The notes: generated by a model not told the origin, from the letters alone. A DNA stretch of 64,000 nt from Entomortierella parvispora E1425 (GCA_020891255.1 BQFW01000012.1:1736001-1800000), one strand, 5' to 3'. Numbered from the stretch's first letter, positions 12,501 through 26,165 are shown. Program-made: numbers and translations.

Positions 12501-14219
12501 TCGTCGAATGAAAGGAGAGAAGACGCAAACGCTTCAGAGAACGAGAGTGAAATAGAGAGTGAGGGTGAGTGGAGAAGATCAAGTGAAGGCCGTCTAGAGG
12601 TGTCGACTGGTAATGGGGTGGGTGTCAAGACCGAGAGTGCGGTGGGTGGGGCGCACGAAGTGGTTGTTGGAGAGGAGGTCAAAGACAAAGAGGGAGTAGA
12701 GGAGGAGGACAATGAGGAGAGTGGGGAGGAAGAAGGAGAGGAAGAAGAGTGCAGTGAGGCCAGAGCCGAGCCAGAGGACGAGGACGAGGAGGACGAGGAG
12801 GAAGAGGATGGAGAGGGAAAGGGAAAGGGAGAAGAGGACGAAGCGTAGGGAATCGTGGCCGGAATGATCGCGGGCATTGTGGGTGTAGGCGGGCTGATGG
12901 CTTGTGCCTCTCTGTCTCTGTCGTGTGCTGTTGTTGCCTCTGTGGACGTGTCAGTGGTCGTGGCCGTGGTTGCAGCGACACTGTCTGTGCTGCCAATGAT
13001 GCCAATGCTGCCAATGCTGCCAATATTTTCAGTCCCGTCAGTGCTCTTGGTGTCTGGGGAACTCACGCCAGCGCAAGGCAGAGGAGACAAGGAGCTAACT
13101 TGGAGTAAGAGCGAGCCGACCAACGGGGAAGGGGGAGAGCTCGAAGAAGACGGAGACAGATCGACCTCTGCAATGGTGAGGCTATCAATAACGATCGTTG
13201 CGACTGCTGTTGTAGTTGCTGCAGCTGTGGTTGTTGTCAAGGATGTGCTCAGTGGTGTTGATAATGGCAATGGTGGTGGCGATATTGCCGATGCTAACAC
13301 AGGTGCACTTATTTGTGGCAATGCTCTGTTGACCTGCGGCTGTTCTAGGTCCGGTGTATGACCTGGCACGCTCGTGGTGATCGCCTCTGGTGTTTCCTCG
13401 ATCTTTTCCTGGTGGTGGCTGTCTTTGGTGGTGGTGATAGCGGTGGTCGTGCTCGTGGTCGTGTGTCCAGTGTTGGGCTCAGTATCGATGGGTATAGTTG
13501 TGAAAGGTTCTGATCCGTTGCCTATGCTGACAGCGCTAGAGTGAATGTGGTCAAGATGTTCACAGGTCACGGAGTGATCTTGAGATTGAGGATTTTGGAT
13601 GGAAGGTGAGGAAGAAAGAGGAGAACAAGAAGAAAGACAAGAAGGGGACGACACAGACGTGCAGCAGTGGACTGAAGATGTCGTCTGCACCCTGGACAAG
13701 AAAGAGGAGGACGTGGACGACGACAGTAATGCAAAGGGGTGCGAGAGAAGGGCCTTTGCTCCGGTGCTCCGATGGTCGTTACTGCAGTGATTTTGCACGC
13801 AAGTGACTGGCGGTGGCAACAGCGGAAGAGCCAAGGGACTCGTTCGGAAACTATGGTCCTGGGAAGACAACAGAGGAACAAAGAACAATCAGAAACGGGG
13901 ATGCCGCAACACGGGTGAGAGCAAAGAACAAAGGCAAGACACCCCCGTACACACATTCAGTATGAAAACGATGGAACATGGGTGAGTATTTGGGGGTGAT
14001 ATCGAATAATAGGATGGGGATAAGCTGGGTCCAGCATGGAGTCAACCAAACAAGGGTGAGGCATTGAGGAAAGGAGCAGAAGGGGAAGGGGTCGAGGAGG
14101 GAGGCCCAGGAAGGGGAAGGAGACATGTAAGGTATCTGAATCTTTTTAGGTATTGCACCTGCACACGCCATGAAGAGCTGCATTGGGCCTCGGCTTCAGG
14201 ATCAAGATCGCCATCTCTT

Positions 14220-14253
<34 letters not shown>

Positions 14254-15102
14254 TCTCTATCTCTTTCTTTCTTTCCCATTTTTTTTTCTCTACTTTTTTC
14301 CCCTTTCTAAACCACTCTGCGTCTGCTCTCTCCTGTTGCATCTCTTGCCATTTGCGCAATGTCGCTGCTTTTTCAGCTAACCAGGTGTATGGCATTCTCT
14401 GGGCACACCAATAGGCCCCGCTGCCAGCAATGCTAGCGGCAATCACCTTTGCCTCCTTGGCACCCACAATAACAAGCATTCTCGTCACACCTGCACACAC
14501 ATTCAGGTAACCCCCTTTAATGCCCCACGTTCGCGAGATTTTGCTCAGATCCTGTCGACATCTCCTCTTTGCGCCCCGTTCCTTACCTCTTCATGGCTCA
14601 GCTGCAAAAGACTTGTCCCTTGATATTCGAGTTTGGATGGATAGACTACCTCACTGGCACAACGTCCCTGCCCTCTATTCATTGGGGGTGAAGGTAAAAC
14701 ACTCTCCTGGCCTTTCTCCTCCACAGAATTCCCAAAGGCAGGGTCCTGCTTCTTCTCTGGCCTGAAATGATCAGCGCCTTTGCATTCTGATCCCGACTCG
14801 GACAAAGAGGAAGAACAATGAGAGCAGAGGCAACCGATGGGAGCAATTGAAGCTGTTGGCGGTGGTGAAGGTGGAGGTGCGGTCAGACCATCGGACAGAG
14901 CTGGTGGCGATGGTGTCACCAAGCACGAGAGCCTCGGTTGGACGCTAGGTGCTGCAAGGACTTCGATGCTGTGGATACTGCAGGCTGTTCCTGACACACG
15001 GGAAGAGGAACAGGAGCCATTGTTGGATTGGACTGCATGAATGGCCGATTCTTCCACGCGTGAGACATTTCGCGATGGTGCCTGTTCCTGTCCCAGAGTC
15101 AT
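6572..15102 (-). CDS. Very large multi-exon DUF1765-like protein with long disordered N- and C-termini
   Basis: ATG at 15102. Exon 15102-14587 splices (GTAAGG...CCCAG) in phase 0 to 13858-~11832, then to a short exon RFHQKDRYRIEVLKTNLLPWLRK. Further exons carry FCAKILALCFFKLPGV, LLDFLD and FLHWARNVRLYYMRCLVWR, which I recognise as DUF1765-type. The last exon is 8332-6572. Internal exon boundaries are not all resolved. Confidence 0.65.
14221..14264. repeat. (CT)n microsatellite, interrupted
   Basis: CT run with two AT interruptions, inside the first intron of the DUF1765-like gene. Confidence 0.85.
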
Positions 15103-15569
15103 TTGTTCTCCGGGTGGATGAATGGATGCAGTCTACGGTAAGGATAAGGAAGAACGGAAGAAGGGGAATGAGAATGCATAGCTAGTGGGATGAAGCAAAG
15201 AGCGTGACCATGCATTCATCCCTCTCATTCATCCTCTGTCTGAGTCAAGGTTCAGGACGGGAATAGTCTCAAGCGATCAGCTTCGAAGGAGGAAGGGTCC
15301 GCAAGGTTTCAGGCGGCAAAGTGAACATTTTCCCTCTATCCCATCCTACCTCATTTTGCCTACCTCATTTTGGTCCTGTTTTTTCTCTTCGTCGTATCGT
15401 AGCCATTGCACGACACTGCGGTAATAACAACCACCAGAGACAATGTGCAGTATGGTGCCCATGCAAGGCTCAATAATTTCGACGAAAACATTTTATTTTC
15501 TGAGCCAAGCTCTATGATACATTAAAAAGCGTGTGTTCTCTTTCACTCTTTCTCTCTCAGCAATCAATC

Positions 15570-18500
15570 TTACATGATCGCACAGAGACACCCTGCCTCG
15601 CTCTCTGCCCTCACGCGCGCCTCATGACCACCGTACACTTCTTCAATTTTCAACTTGGATGGCTCCAGGGGCTCATGCCCGATCCTGCCAACCGCTCGAC
15701 CACTGGCTGACTTTGTCGACTCGGCGCTCTGCATTCTTCGCAATGACAGCGACGAAGGATTACTGAGACTGGTCAAGCTACTACCGTTGTTGTTCCCTTG
15801 CCCTGGCGACAGTCCTGCTGCCGCGGCAGAAGCTCCCTTCAAGGGCTTGATTTGAACGGAATGCACCGCTCCAGGACGCATGTCCGAGTGCCTATAGTAC
15901 AATGTCTGACGCTCCTTCACATACCGCCAGTCTCCATCGCTGACCAATATCTCTAGACCAGTCTCGTCGTAATGGTATGATGGTACAAAGATCTCTGTCT
16001 CAAATGCAATCATGGCATCCTCTGGTGGATGTCCTACCCAGGAACCGTTCATTTCCGGCCTTAAGTAAGGTCCGACCCTTAGCGAATGAACTGTCGAGTC
16101 AGACGAGGTCGACTCCGGCCTCTCTGACTCTGGCTCCGAGATCTGGAAGGTCGGTACGGATGTCTGGACGTAGTTGCAGAACCGGAACGTGAACTGAAGC
16201 GTCGATAGATGAAACTCGGTCAGAATAGGTTCTCCGGCTACTTTGGCGGCATATGGGCGCTAATGAAATAGAAATAGAAATTGCTTTGAGCATGATGCAA
16301 TTATACAGAAATCACTAATATACTCTAGCTTCAGCAGACATGGGAAATAAAGACCAAGGCATCATACCACAACAGCATCCAAAGCTCGCCCTCCAATGTG
16401 CGCTGGACTATTTCGGCCGTCGTCAGAGTCCTCGTTTTCGAATCGGAAATAAGATCGATCGAACGGAGAATCGTCCATCACAGTCTCATCTTCTACCTCC
16501 TGCTCATCTGAAGACCGATAACCATCGTCGTTTTCCTCCTTGGTTTCATCAACGTAAGGCTGGTCGTTGACTTCAATTAGAATCTCGCTCATTCCTGTGG
16601 TGTCGATTTGCCCCGGCTGTCGGATATAGAGCTTCTCGGAGACATCACCACTCGCTGTGGCGGCCCGCTTCATTACCTCGCGAGCAAAGCTTGGCGACTG
16701 TTGTCGTAGAGTCATTCGTGCTTCGGAACAAGGTGAGCCAGAACGATAGGACTCGGGTGTGCCCTGAGGAGAGTCCAATGAAAAGATTGAAAAGTCCTCC
16801 CCGTTCCAATGGTCTCCATGGGTATTGTCGTTCGTGGCGTTGTAGTTCCACAGTCTAGTTGAGCGGTGCAAGATATCAATGAATTAGTACAATATCCAAG
16901 TCAGTCCTGACCAATGCACCCGATTGACTCAAAAAGAAGTATACTCACGTAAAGCTCAGTAGATTTGCCTCAAGGGATCCCAGGACTGCGTCCAAGAATT
17001 TGGAATGATGACCATAGTCTCCGCTCATGAATGCCTGGCGTTGATTGATGTCCATAGGAATACCGCATTCACCGATCAAACAGGGCTTATTGCCCACATT
17101 CTGCAGCCCTGTGTTCAAAATGTTGGCGATCTGTCCTTTGTAATTTTTCCTTGCGCCTTTGATTCCAAAATAAGTGGCTGAGAACACGTTCTTGCCCTAG
17201 ATGTTGCACGGCTGAAGTTAAGATTACGGTCACTGTTTTCAACTGCCAAACAAAAATCCGACGACTAGCTGTACCTTGCTCAGACCCTGCACATCATGGG
17301 TGATACGTCCATCAAAAGCCTTGTTGAACAGGGAATGCAGATCATACCAGTGAGGCGCATAGACGATATTTTCATGATGGTCCTCTTCTTGCCAGACCGG
17401 CGCCGGCTCATTGGGTACAGGTTCCACAAAGACAAAGGCGGATGGGATGACACTTTGGATCGCTCTTGAATACTTGCCGACAAAATCCAAGTAGAATCTC
17501 TCAAAGTCAATTTTTTCTCCTGTGATGGGATGCTTCGTAAAGTAATCCGGCTTGTCCACCTGAGGCTTTCCTGACTTCGCGTTCACACTCCAGACACCAT
17601 GCTGTTTCCATAGACACTCTCCATCGATCCATGCAGAGTCCCGCTCTGTGTTGATCATCCTTGTTCTTTGCTTTTTTGTGGGAAAAGGCCATGATTTGAC
17701 CCAAACGTCGATGGGTAGGGTCATGCCGTCACCCAGACCAAAGCTCTCGAGTGCCGATGGAAAGTCGCCAAAAACCAGGTTCGAGTTGAAATCGTACTTT
17801 CTGAGGTTTTCGAGTCCGATGTATCCAGGACTACAAAAAAAAAGTTTGTACCGATGACCTTTGTGAGTTTCAAGGATACTTTTATACCGCTCTCATTCAT
17901 GAATTCATGATTCGGCTGCAGGACTTACTGAGGCTCGTTCATGACCTCAAACCCAATGACCGCGTCCAAGTGGCTCAGCCGCCTGTAGAGTATGAAAAGA
18001 ATCGAAGTGTGTTAACTCAATAAAATCAATATAGCACTAGAAATCTCTCTCGTCAACTGTGAATACCTAGCCAAGTGTTGGTAACAGTTGAGGTATCGGC
18101 TCTGAAGGAATTGTTGGATAGGCTCGCCTTGATACATCTTATTTGGTGCAAATGTATCTCCGGCCCAGAATAGTGTGAACATGGTGCTCGCGGCGAGCTT
18201 GGTATAATTGGTGGGCCACACCATGGGTGGTGAATCGCCTGGGAACTGGTTCGTGTTGTGGACATAAGCTGCACCTGTCGTCTTGAATTTTGTCAGATCC
18301 AGTCCTGCGGCCTCAAAAGTCCACCCTGGAGCACCTGAGCCTCCGGAGAATCTGGACCAGCAGTCTTGATGAGGATCGATGAAGCATTTAATTCCATAGG
18401 TCGGCATGAGCTCGATCAGCTCGATTAAAGACTCGATGAACTTTTCGTCGTATATACCACTAGAGCAACGGACAAAGGAACAAGGTCAGGCCGCCTGATT

Positions 18501-19583
18501 GCCTCTAACTCCTCGGTGTGTTTCTCCCCCCGTCCCCTCCTTATTTTAAGATTGTCCTGCCCCTGCCCTATCAGCCACTCGTGTCGTCTCGTCTCGTCTC
18601 GCCAATGGTGCACCACTGATAATCCGCCCATCCGCAGAGCACGAACGTACAAGAAAACAAATGCTCTCGAAAATTAAACACGATCTCGCCAGATTGATTG
18701 TGTTGCAAATAAACAAACCCGTTCCTTGTCAAAAAAAAAACGTGGGAGATCAGAGAAACATCCGACAATGGTTACCCCTTCCCATTTGAAAAGAAGGGAC
18801 ATGATGATCCAAATTAACGCACAGCAGAAAGGCAGGAGGACAGTTGGTGGGAGAAGAAGGGGTCAAGAAAGGGATTCATCCAGTCCTTTGGATTGTGGCG
18901 AGGGATTTAAAGCCAAGAGCAAAGGTTCCGAAAAGTGTGTCCAGAAGCGACGACACATCTGCCAGAAGCATCCATTCACTGGACAACAACAACTGTATGA
19001 TAGCCTCAACTTACGGTCCACTGTGCTCCAAGGCCTCCCAAGGAACCAAGAGTCTCACGAATGTCAGCCCCCAGCGCTTCAGTCGAGAAAAATGCTCATC
19101 AGCCTGATCACGAGGGAAAGGTCTTCCGAGGAAGCAAACATCGCGATGGTTAAAGAAGCCTTCGCTGAGATGTGAGCTACCGTTGGGGGTTGTCGGCAGT
19201 TTGGAGTTGCCGCAGAGATTCACGCCACGGAGCATCAGCGTCCTGTTCTGCGCATCTCGAAACCAGCGACCATTCGAGGTGATCCGCCCACCAGAGTACC
19301 AGTCATGGGCTTTTCCTGCTGGTCGAAGGGTCGTCCCTGCTCCCGGTCGGCGCTTCTCCTTGCGCTGTCGAGTGGTGCTGCCATTTTTAGGCGCCTCGGA
19401 ATCACTCCCGACCGAAGACGCGTAGGAGGAAAGGGACGAGAAAGACTGTGTGTGCGTCAGCTGGTGCGCTCTAGGGTGTGGAAGCTGCTGCTGCTCTTGG
19501 TTGTGGTGAGGCCGGAAGGACATGGCAGGCATGGCCACAGGCTGCTGGTCCGTGAGGACGTTCGCGGTGGGACTGCTCGACAT
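15570..19583 (-). CDS. EGH1: GH5 glycoside hydrolase, EGH1/EGCrP-like (steryl-beta-glucosidase / endoglycoceramidase-related), multi-exon
   Basis: Motifs RTLMLRGVNL, GRPFP, LVPWEALEH, IDPHQDCWSRFSGGSGAPGW, acid/base GFEVMNEP (~17930-17960), YAPHWYD and nucleophile LIGECGIP. C-terminal FETEIFVPSYHY. Confidence 0.85.
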
Positions 19584-20219
19584 TCTCGAGCTTTGGCGTG
19601 CCTGTTCTTTATCTGGTTTGGTGGCAATGAATCAAAATTGAGACCGCGAGGAACTTTACGAGAAAGGAGGAGAAAGAGTGGTTGCGTAAGGGTGAGAATG
19701 AGGTCAAGAAGTTCCAGAGAAAGGGAAAAGAGCGATGGAGCGATGGAACGAAGGAAGGGAAGGACGAAAGAAGGAATGAGGGGACGAAATGAAAGCAGCC
19801 GGGGGATGGGATTGCCAAAGCAGCTTAAAGTTTGGGTGAAATAATAATGGGACGAGAGGCGAATCTTTTTATACACTGCAGTGCCCGCCCTTTGACAAGA
19901 GAGCAAAGCCCAGGAACTAGGCTCGAGCATTGGCTGTGGCCTGGTCGCTCTGTCGGCTGTTCGCTGCCGAGCGCAGGAACATCCGTCTCTTGATGCCCTT
20001 TTGGCACCTATCTGCTCAGGCTCTGCCTCTTTGTACCTTCACGTTGGATGATAATGCAAAGCTTGTCTTTGTTTGTCAGTCTGTCTCTGGGGTCCCATGT
20101 CTGGGTCATTGGCAGTACCTGTGCTGTCTCTGCAAATGCAACTATCTGCCCCTCTGTCTCTGTCTGCTATTTATCCTTCCCCCCCTTGTCCCTTGCGGCT
20201 CCCTCACTCCTTCGCCCCC

Positions 20220-21811
20220 TCACTCCCACCGCACACGAGCTAAACGTCGCCGTCTAACAACTTCGATCGTTGCGATCACAATCAGCGCTAGGCCACCGAA
20301 GCAACCTGTTGGGATCATCAGCCTCATATTCTTGTAAAAGGGCACAAATGGACGAACAGATGCCCCCCCTCCGCTATTGTCGTCCTGATCGTTGTATCCT
20401 CCATTCAATCCAGGAGTATTATACGGTCCGGAATGGATTTTGGTCGGCCCATATCCTGCTGGTGGCCAGCTGGTCAGTGTTGAATTGCCAGAGTAATCTA
20501 ATGATAACAAACGTAAGTCAGTATCAATGGCAATCCCAACAACCCCTTGCGGTCAGAACGAGGATGATTTTTTTTTTTTTTGAACTTACAGCATTGAATG
20601 TCCACATAGTCCACTTGAAGCTGGTAAGTTTGATCATGTTTGGACCAGTCTGTCGGTGTCCCTGCCCAGGCTGCTGTACCATTCGACCCCTGGCCTCCAT
20701 CCCATATTCCAAACTGGATCCTGGCAGGCGACTGTGGAAACTGTTTTGCTCCTGGGACGCCTACAACATCTTTTGTCTCATTCTTGAACACACTGCGGAT
20801 AACCCGGTCATCCACTTTCCACAAGATGTAATCGGGCATCCACTCGATCTCATAGTTGTGAAAATCCTGGGCCGTATTCGTATCCAAGGCAGACCGACCG
20901 GTGTTGCTGTAGTCGACTTGATCAGGGGGCATGGAAGGGGGTGTTCGAAAGTAAAAATTTGTTTGCGCCTCAGAGGCGTTTCTGCCCACAATCTCAAAAT
21001 CAATCTCATCCCCTGGATCTTCGTTCCGGACGATGAAGGCTGAAACGACGCCGGGAGAACTTGATCCCATCTTGATTCGAGCCTGAACTCTGCCATACTG
21101 CATGAACCTCGTAGTCGACACTGCAGAACCAAGTCCCTGTGGACGACCAAACGAGTTTGGAACAGAATCCAGCCTCATATCAATCTTGAGAATCGAGTCT
21201 TCGACCTTGACGCTTTGTGGGTTGTAATCCACGGCTACAGGTCATCGGGCCATGGTGTCAATCAATACATTGTCATGAATACAAGTCTGCCCAAAACTTG
21301 ACTGTCAACACATCTTGCGTGATGACTTACTGAAATCATACTCGTACGGATTGCCATTGAACGCTTGACTGGTCGCGAGGCGAGGCTGATTAAAGTCCTC
21401 GTGTAGATTGGTGCAGAAGGCCTGCGGAAAGCAGCTCGATTCTTTCCAAGAGTTCATGGGTTCACAGCCTGTGGAACAATAGCGAGGGTCATCTGTGTTC
21501 ATCGATACAAGAAACAATGAGCTGCTGACAACTTGTCATTAACCCCACTCGACCATCATCACTCTGTAATCGATCTGTGTCGGTTTACCTGAACAATACC
21601 CATTCAGACAGCACGGGGTTTCTTCAGGACAAGTACCACCTCCTGGGTGAAATTTACAAGATTTTGCTGCGTTCAGACTTGGTGCGGTTATGACTGTGCC
21701 TGTAGATCCTAGATTGACCGATGCTGTCAACGAAGAAGAGGAGGCCGAGCTTTGACCCTGTACCAGCCATATAATCAGCAGCAAAGGAATAAATGTTCGT
21801 GGGCGCTTCAT
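20220..21811 (-). CDS. GH16 Crh/Utr2-like chitin transglycosylase with N-terminal Cys-rich chitin-binding-like module and C-terminal TM, multi-exon
   Basis: Signal peptide MKRPRTFIPLLLIIWLV; module CPEETPCCLNGYCS; motifs FMQYGRVQARIK, GVVSAFI, DEIDFE, FHNYEIEW and FGIWDGG. C-terminal hydrophobic helix followed by RRRR. Confidence 0.85.
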
Positions 21812-22260
21812 TTGAAGAAAAAAAAAAAGGTGGGCGAGAAGAAGGGAAGGAATAACTATGACACAAAGTGTGGAGAGTGGCCGTCGATTATATAAGGGGA
21901 ACACCGCCTGTCGTGTGTATCATTAACGCGACAATGTTGCTCGGTAGGAAAGGGCTTATTCTGTCCTGTTCGTTGTTTATATCTGGCTGGAGCTGGTTGT
22001 CTACGGGACACATGAAAGGGTCCAGTCGCCATACTGGAACAAAACAAACGGGGGACCAGCGTGAAATCGAATCCATAATCATTCTCCAGACGTCGCACCA
22101 GGGAATAGGATTCAGTCAATAAATGTTGGGACTTCATCGCGGACGAATGTCAATAGAAACGGATCACCACGATTAGCACCTGGGTTTCCTTCTATATGAC
22201 ATACAAAACGCGGGTTCTATCGTATCAGTTTATAGCTTTTTTTTGTAAAGAAATGGTGCA

Positions 22261-23661
22261 CTAAACAAGGAGTTGTGGTGCGTAGTCTGCTGCAATTCCA
22301 CCAAAGATCAAGGCACCAGTCCACTTGTTGCTCGCAAACTTGCTCCAGCAGTCGGCGGGGTTTTCATAGTTGACGGTTTTCAGCTGCCAAGCCAAGTGGG
22401 CTGCAGCTCCTCCTACAGAGAGAGCATAGAAAAGTGGGCCTTGGTCGTTCATGTAACCTGCAAGTGCCAACATGGAGATCATTCCAGTAGAGAAGGCTGC
22501 CAAGAACTCTGGCGTGTGCTCACCAAAACGCAGGGCTGTTGACTTGACGCCAATTTTGACATCGTCCTTCTTGTCTTGATGTGCGTAAATGGTATCGTAG
22601 ACGAGTGTCCAGCACACGCCTGAGGCATACAAGGGCAGTGCTACAGGCCAATTAGTGACCCCAAGCATGGCTGATGATCCTAGAAGGGCGCCCCAGTTGA
22701 AAGCCAAGCCGAGGACAACTTGAGGCCAGTAGGTGACGCGCTTCATGGCTGGGTACGTGGCGACGAGCGAGAGGGACGAGGCTCCAAGGAGAATGCTATT
22801 GGGAACACGGCGATTCAATGATCTGGTCAACATCGATCCAAGGACAAAAGTTGAGCTCCCTTGCAACTATGGCAGTGAATCTTACCTATACATGTTGAGT
22901 TGCGTAAGGACAGCGAGACCAGCTCCAAGTTGGAGACCAAGGAAGGCCACAGCTTGTGCAGGTGTGATTGCTCCTGATGCCAAGGGCCGGACCTTGGTTC
23001 TCTCGACCATTTTGTCAATATTACGATCCCAAAGATCATTGATCGTGCAACCAGCCCCTCGCATGATGATAGCTCCGGTCCCAAACAGTCCTATTGTGTA
23101 TAACGTGCTTGTCCAAGGGAGATGCGCGCTGTATGAGGCCATAGTGATTCCCCAGGCTGATCACAGAACAGTTCATGAAAACCGTCAGATATAATGTTTA
23201 GTCAATTGTGCGTACCCTTTGTTTCCAAGCTTACCACAGGGCCAAAACAAGAGCCAGGTGCCGATGGGCTTGTCGATTCGGGTCAAATAGAGATATGGTT
23301 GGATCGACTTCGGCATGCGATCCAGCCAGGTACCAGGGGCCACTAATTGAGCTTTAGCGGGTTGCGTAGAGGCATCGTCTTCCTGAGGTGCGGCTTTAGA
23401 TGTATATTGATGAGCTTGGGGTCCTAGGCGCGTCAAAACTGGCCTTGAGTTCAAGACCAAGTTCTTTGTCCTGAAGATCCCGTATGCTCGAAGAGTCAAA
23501 GGCGTGGAAAGTGAATGTGTAGAAGGATTGATTGCGGTTCCGAATCGGACCCGGCAGGCAGTAAACACTGATCTATGGTGCATGACTGTGCTGACTAAAT
23601 GTTTGGAGCGCACATTACTGGTGACATTGAGCCAGAGCGAAGGATGTGTTCCTGCCAACAT
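22261..23661 (-). CDS. COQ2: 4-hydroxybenzoate polyprenyltransferase (UbiA family), mitochondrial, multi-exon
   Basis: Motifs [52 protein letters not shown] and [13 protein letters not shown]. The start Met (MLAGTH) is inferred. Confidence 0.92.
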
Positions 23662-23766
23662 CTGTGGATCGAATGAGAATATGAGAATGTTCAACTCGGG
23701 AACCGCTTTTTTTTTTCTTTTTTGCGGAACTTTTTAAGGGAAATATATTTCCTGAATAAATAAATA

Positions 23767-25771
23767 TCACGTGGAACCAAATCCAACTTTTCTCTTGCTA
23801 AGATGTTTTGAAACGTGCGAGCCACCCTGCCTCTTTAACTGCTTCTTGCCCTCCTGAGGCGTCTTGGGTGGTTGTTGATTCCCTGAAATTCCTGGTTTTG
23901 ATTCAATCTCGACTGTCCTTGAAACTACCAGCTGCATCAGTTGTGGCGGAAGCGGTGTTACTCGCTGAGAGTCAAGACTATTCAACATATTGGCAAACTC
24001 GCTGAGGAGGCCTTTGCTGTCATTATTAATGAAAGTAACAGCCCAAGCCATCCCACCAAGCCTGGGACCTCTGCGTATAAGCGCGGAGGCTTTAGCTGCC
24101 ACCTTTGGATTTGCTCGCCCAACTCGATGAACGTATTCCTGAATTGAGGGCGCCATATCAAAGTTGATTACCATGGCTACATTGAGGTTTAGACCTCTAG
24201 CCAAAAGTCCTGTAGCCACAATAACCTGCGCGGACCCATCCACGATTGATTTTATGGCGCTTGACCTCTCTTCTTGAGATTTTTCTCCATGGATCGAAAC
24301 TGCAGTGACTCCTGGACACTTTGTGCCAATCGCGTTCGCCAAAAGGTCTGCCCCTACGCGAGACTCGACGAAAATCATCACCGGAGGGCGGAAATAGCTC
24401 GGATCGTTCAACAATGAGAAGAGCTGCTTTTTTTTGGCCTCGTTTTCTACCCATAACACTGTTTGTTTGATTTGAGACGAAGGCGAGAAAACGTTTGCGA
24501 TCCTGACAGTTGGTCGCCCATCATCGCTTGACTTCACATTGGATGAGCTGCTAGGAGTTCCCACTCGCATCCTGAATGGCTTTTGCAGGTATTGGTCGAT
24601 AAGCTGCTGGATTTGCTTTGATATTGTGGCGGAACACATGATAGTCTGGCGTCCGTTTGGCGGCTCCGGTAAAACATCGAGAATCCTCTTGACTTGCTTT
24701 GAAAATCCAAGACTAAACATCATATCGACCTCGTCCAGGACTAAGCAGAACACGTTCGAAAACTCGATCTCTGGATGTCGTGAAAAAATGTCCACTAATC
24801 GCCCAGGAGTAGCCACCACCACTTGGATGTTTTGCTTCAGTCGATAAACTTGACTCGACATAGCTTGGCCTCCAGTCAAAAGAGCTGTCCTCATATTTGG
24901 CAATCCTGCGACCACCATCTTGATGGTGTCTTCTATTTGTATGGCTAACTCTCGAGTTGGAGTCAGGATGATGGCAAAAGGTCCTTGCATGGCTCCTGCG
25001 GGGGACTGTGATAGACCATAGACGTGCATCAATGTCGGGACCAAGAAACCTGCTGTCTTTCCTGATCCAGTCTCTGCAGAAACAAGTATGTCTGATCCTC
25101 TTAGAGCAATGGGCATCATTTGCATCTGAACAGGCCGTGGTTGTTTGTATCCGCTCTCAGCGAGATTGATCATCATCTGAGAAGGCAGGTTACAGTCCTC
25201 GAACGTCGAGATAGGCTTTGGAATGTTTTTTCCTTGCACATCGATCTGGTGAGTCTTTCGAAATTCCCGAGCACCTTGCAAAGTCATTCCTGTTGTCCTT
25301 GAAGTTTCCCGATATCCAGTGATAGTGCCTATTGTTCTGGACCCTGCTTGCGGGGGCAATATGGAAAGCTCTGATATACCCACTACTCCAGCACTGGGCA
25401 TTTGTGGAACAGTAAGCTCATTAACAGGTCCCATCACTGGCCCTAAAGCATATGAAGCATCGCACTCCTCAGTAGAATCTAACCTAGAACACGAAAAATG
25501 GTTATTCATTGATATCGAAGGCAAGAGCTCGCTGTCATTTCTGAGTAACTCACGTAGAAGTCGAAATTCTGTCCACAACAAGCCCCGGTTTGACATCCGA
25601 GACATTGCTTGCTGGTGGTTGTAATGACGCCCATGAAGTGAACAGCAGCTTTGATACTGGCTCTGGAGGTGCGCGCGGGACTGGAGGTTGGGCCTGTGCT
25701 TCTGCAAGGGATGGCAAGGTGCGTGCGCGTGCGCCGCGGGAGCGAGGGCTAATGGTCCTGGGGACAAACAT
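23767..25771 (-). CDS. DDX59: DEAD-box RNA helicase, DDX59-like, 2 exons
   Basis: The N-terminus MFVPRT resembles the DDX59 start MFVPRS. Intron GTGAGT...TCTAG (~25552-25485). Motifs AETGSGKT, PTRELA, TPGRL, DEVD, SAT and HRVGR. Confidence 0.75.
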
Positions 25772-26165
25772 GGATGTGGACGCTGATCATTGCGACCGCG
25801 ATCGCGAAGGACAAAAGAATGGAGACGGACAACGTGGAAGGGAGGAAGACAGGGGCAGAAGGGCTCGATGTTGCCAACAATGCGCGAATGTGGCTTGCAT
25901 GCAAGAAGATCATGCCCCGCTTCTCCGCTTAAGATGGGAGCAAGGGGGAGGGGACAAGGCGTTTGACAGTAAGAAGAGAGGGCATGCATCGCATTGAAGG
26001 TGTCATCCACCTCTTTCTTTCCTTCCATCGCTCTCGCCACATTCTCGTTGCTCACTCTTTCCTTCCCACTCCTTCCTTCTCACTCTCTCTCACTGTCACC
26101 CTCTATCGACCTTGTCAGCCTCACCAACCTTGTTGTCGTATCCTAAGTCTGCACTTGGACAACCA

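Noticed and set aside
12000-13361. Acidic and hydrophobic + strand ORFs (e.g. 12447-12848, 12855-13361)
   Set aside because: They are antisense shadows of the low-complexity S/T/P exon of the DUF1765-like gene.
5219-21811. Possible cell-wall or carbohydrate gene cluster (LPMO-like, GH5, GH16)
   Set aside because: The genes are separated by an unrelated 8.5-kb gene, the GH5 is a lipid-glycosidase type, and no shared regulatory motif is evident.
23767-26055. 762-aa helicase ORF as given by the track
   Set aside because: Its N-terminal ~190 aa read through upstream and intron sequence. The better model starts at MFVPR (25771) in another frame and splices in.
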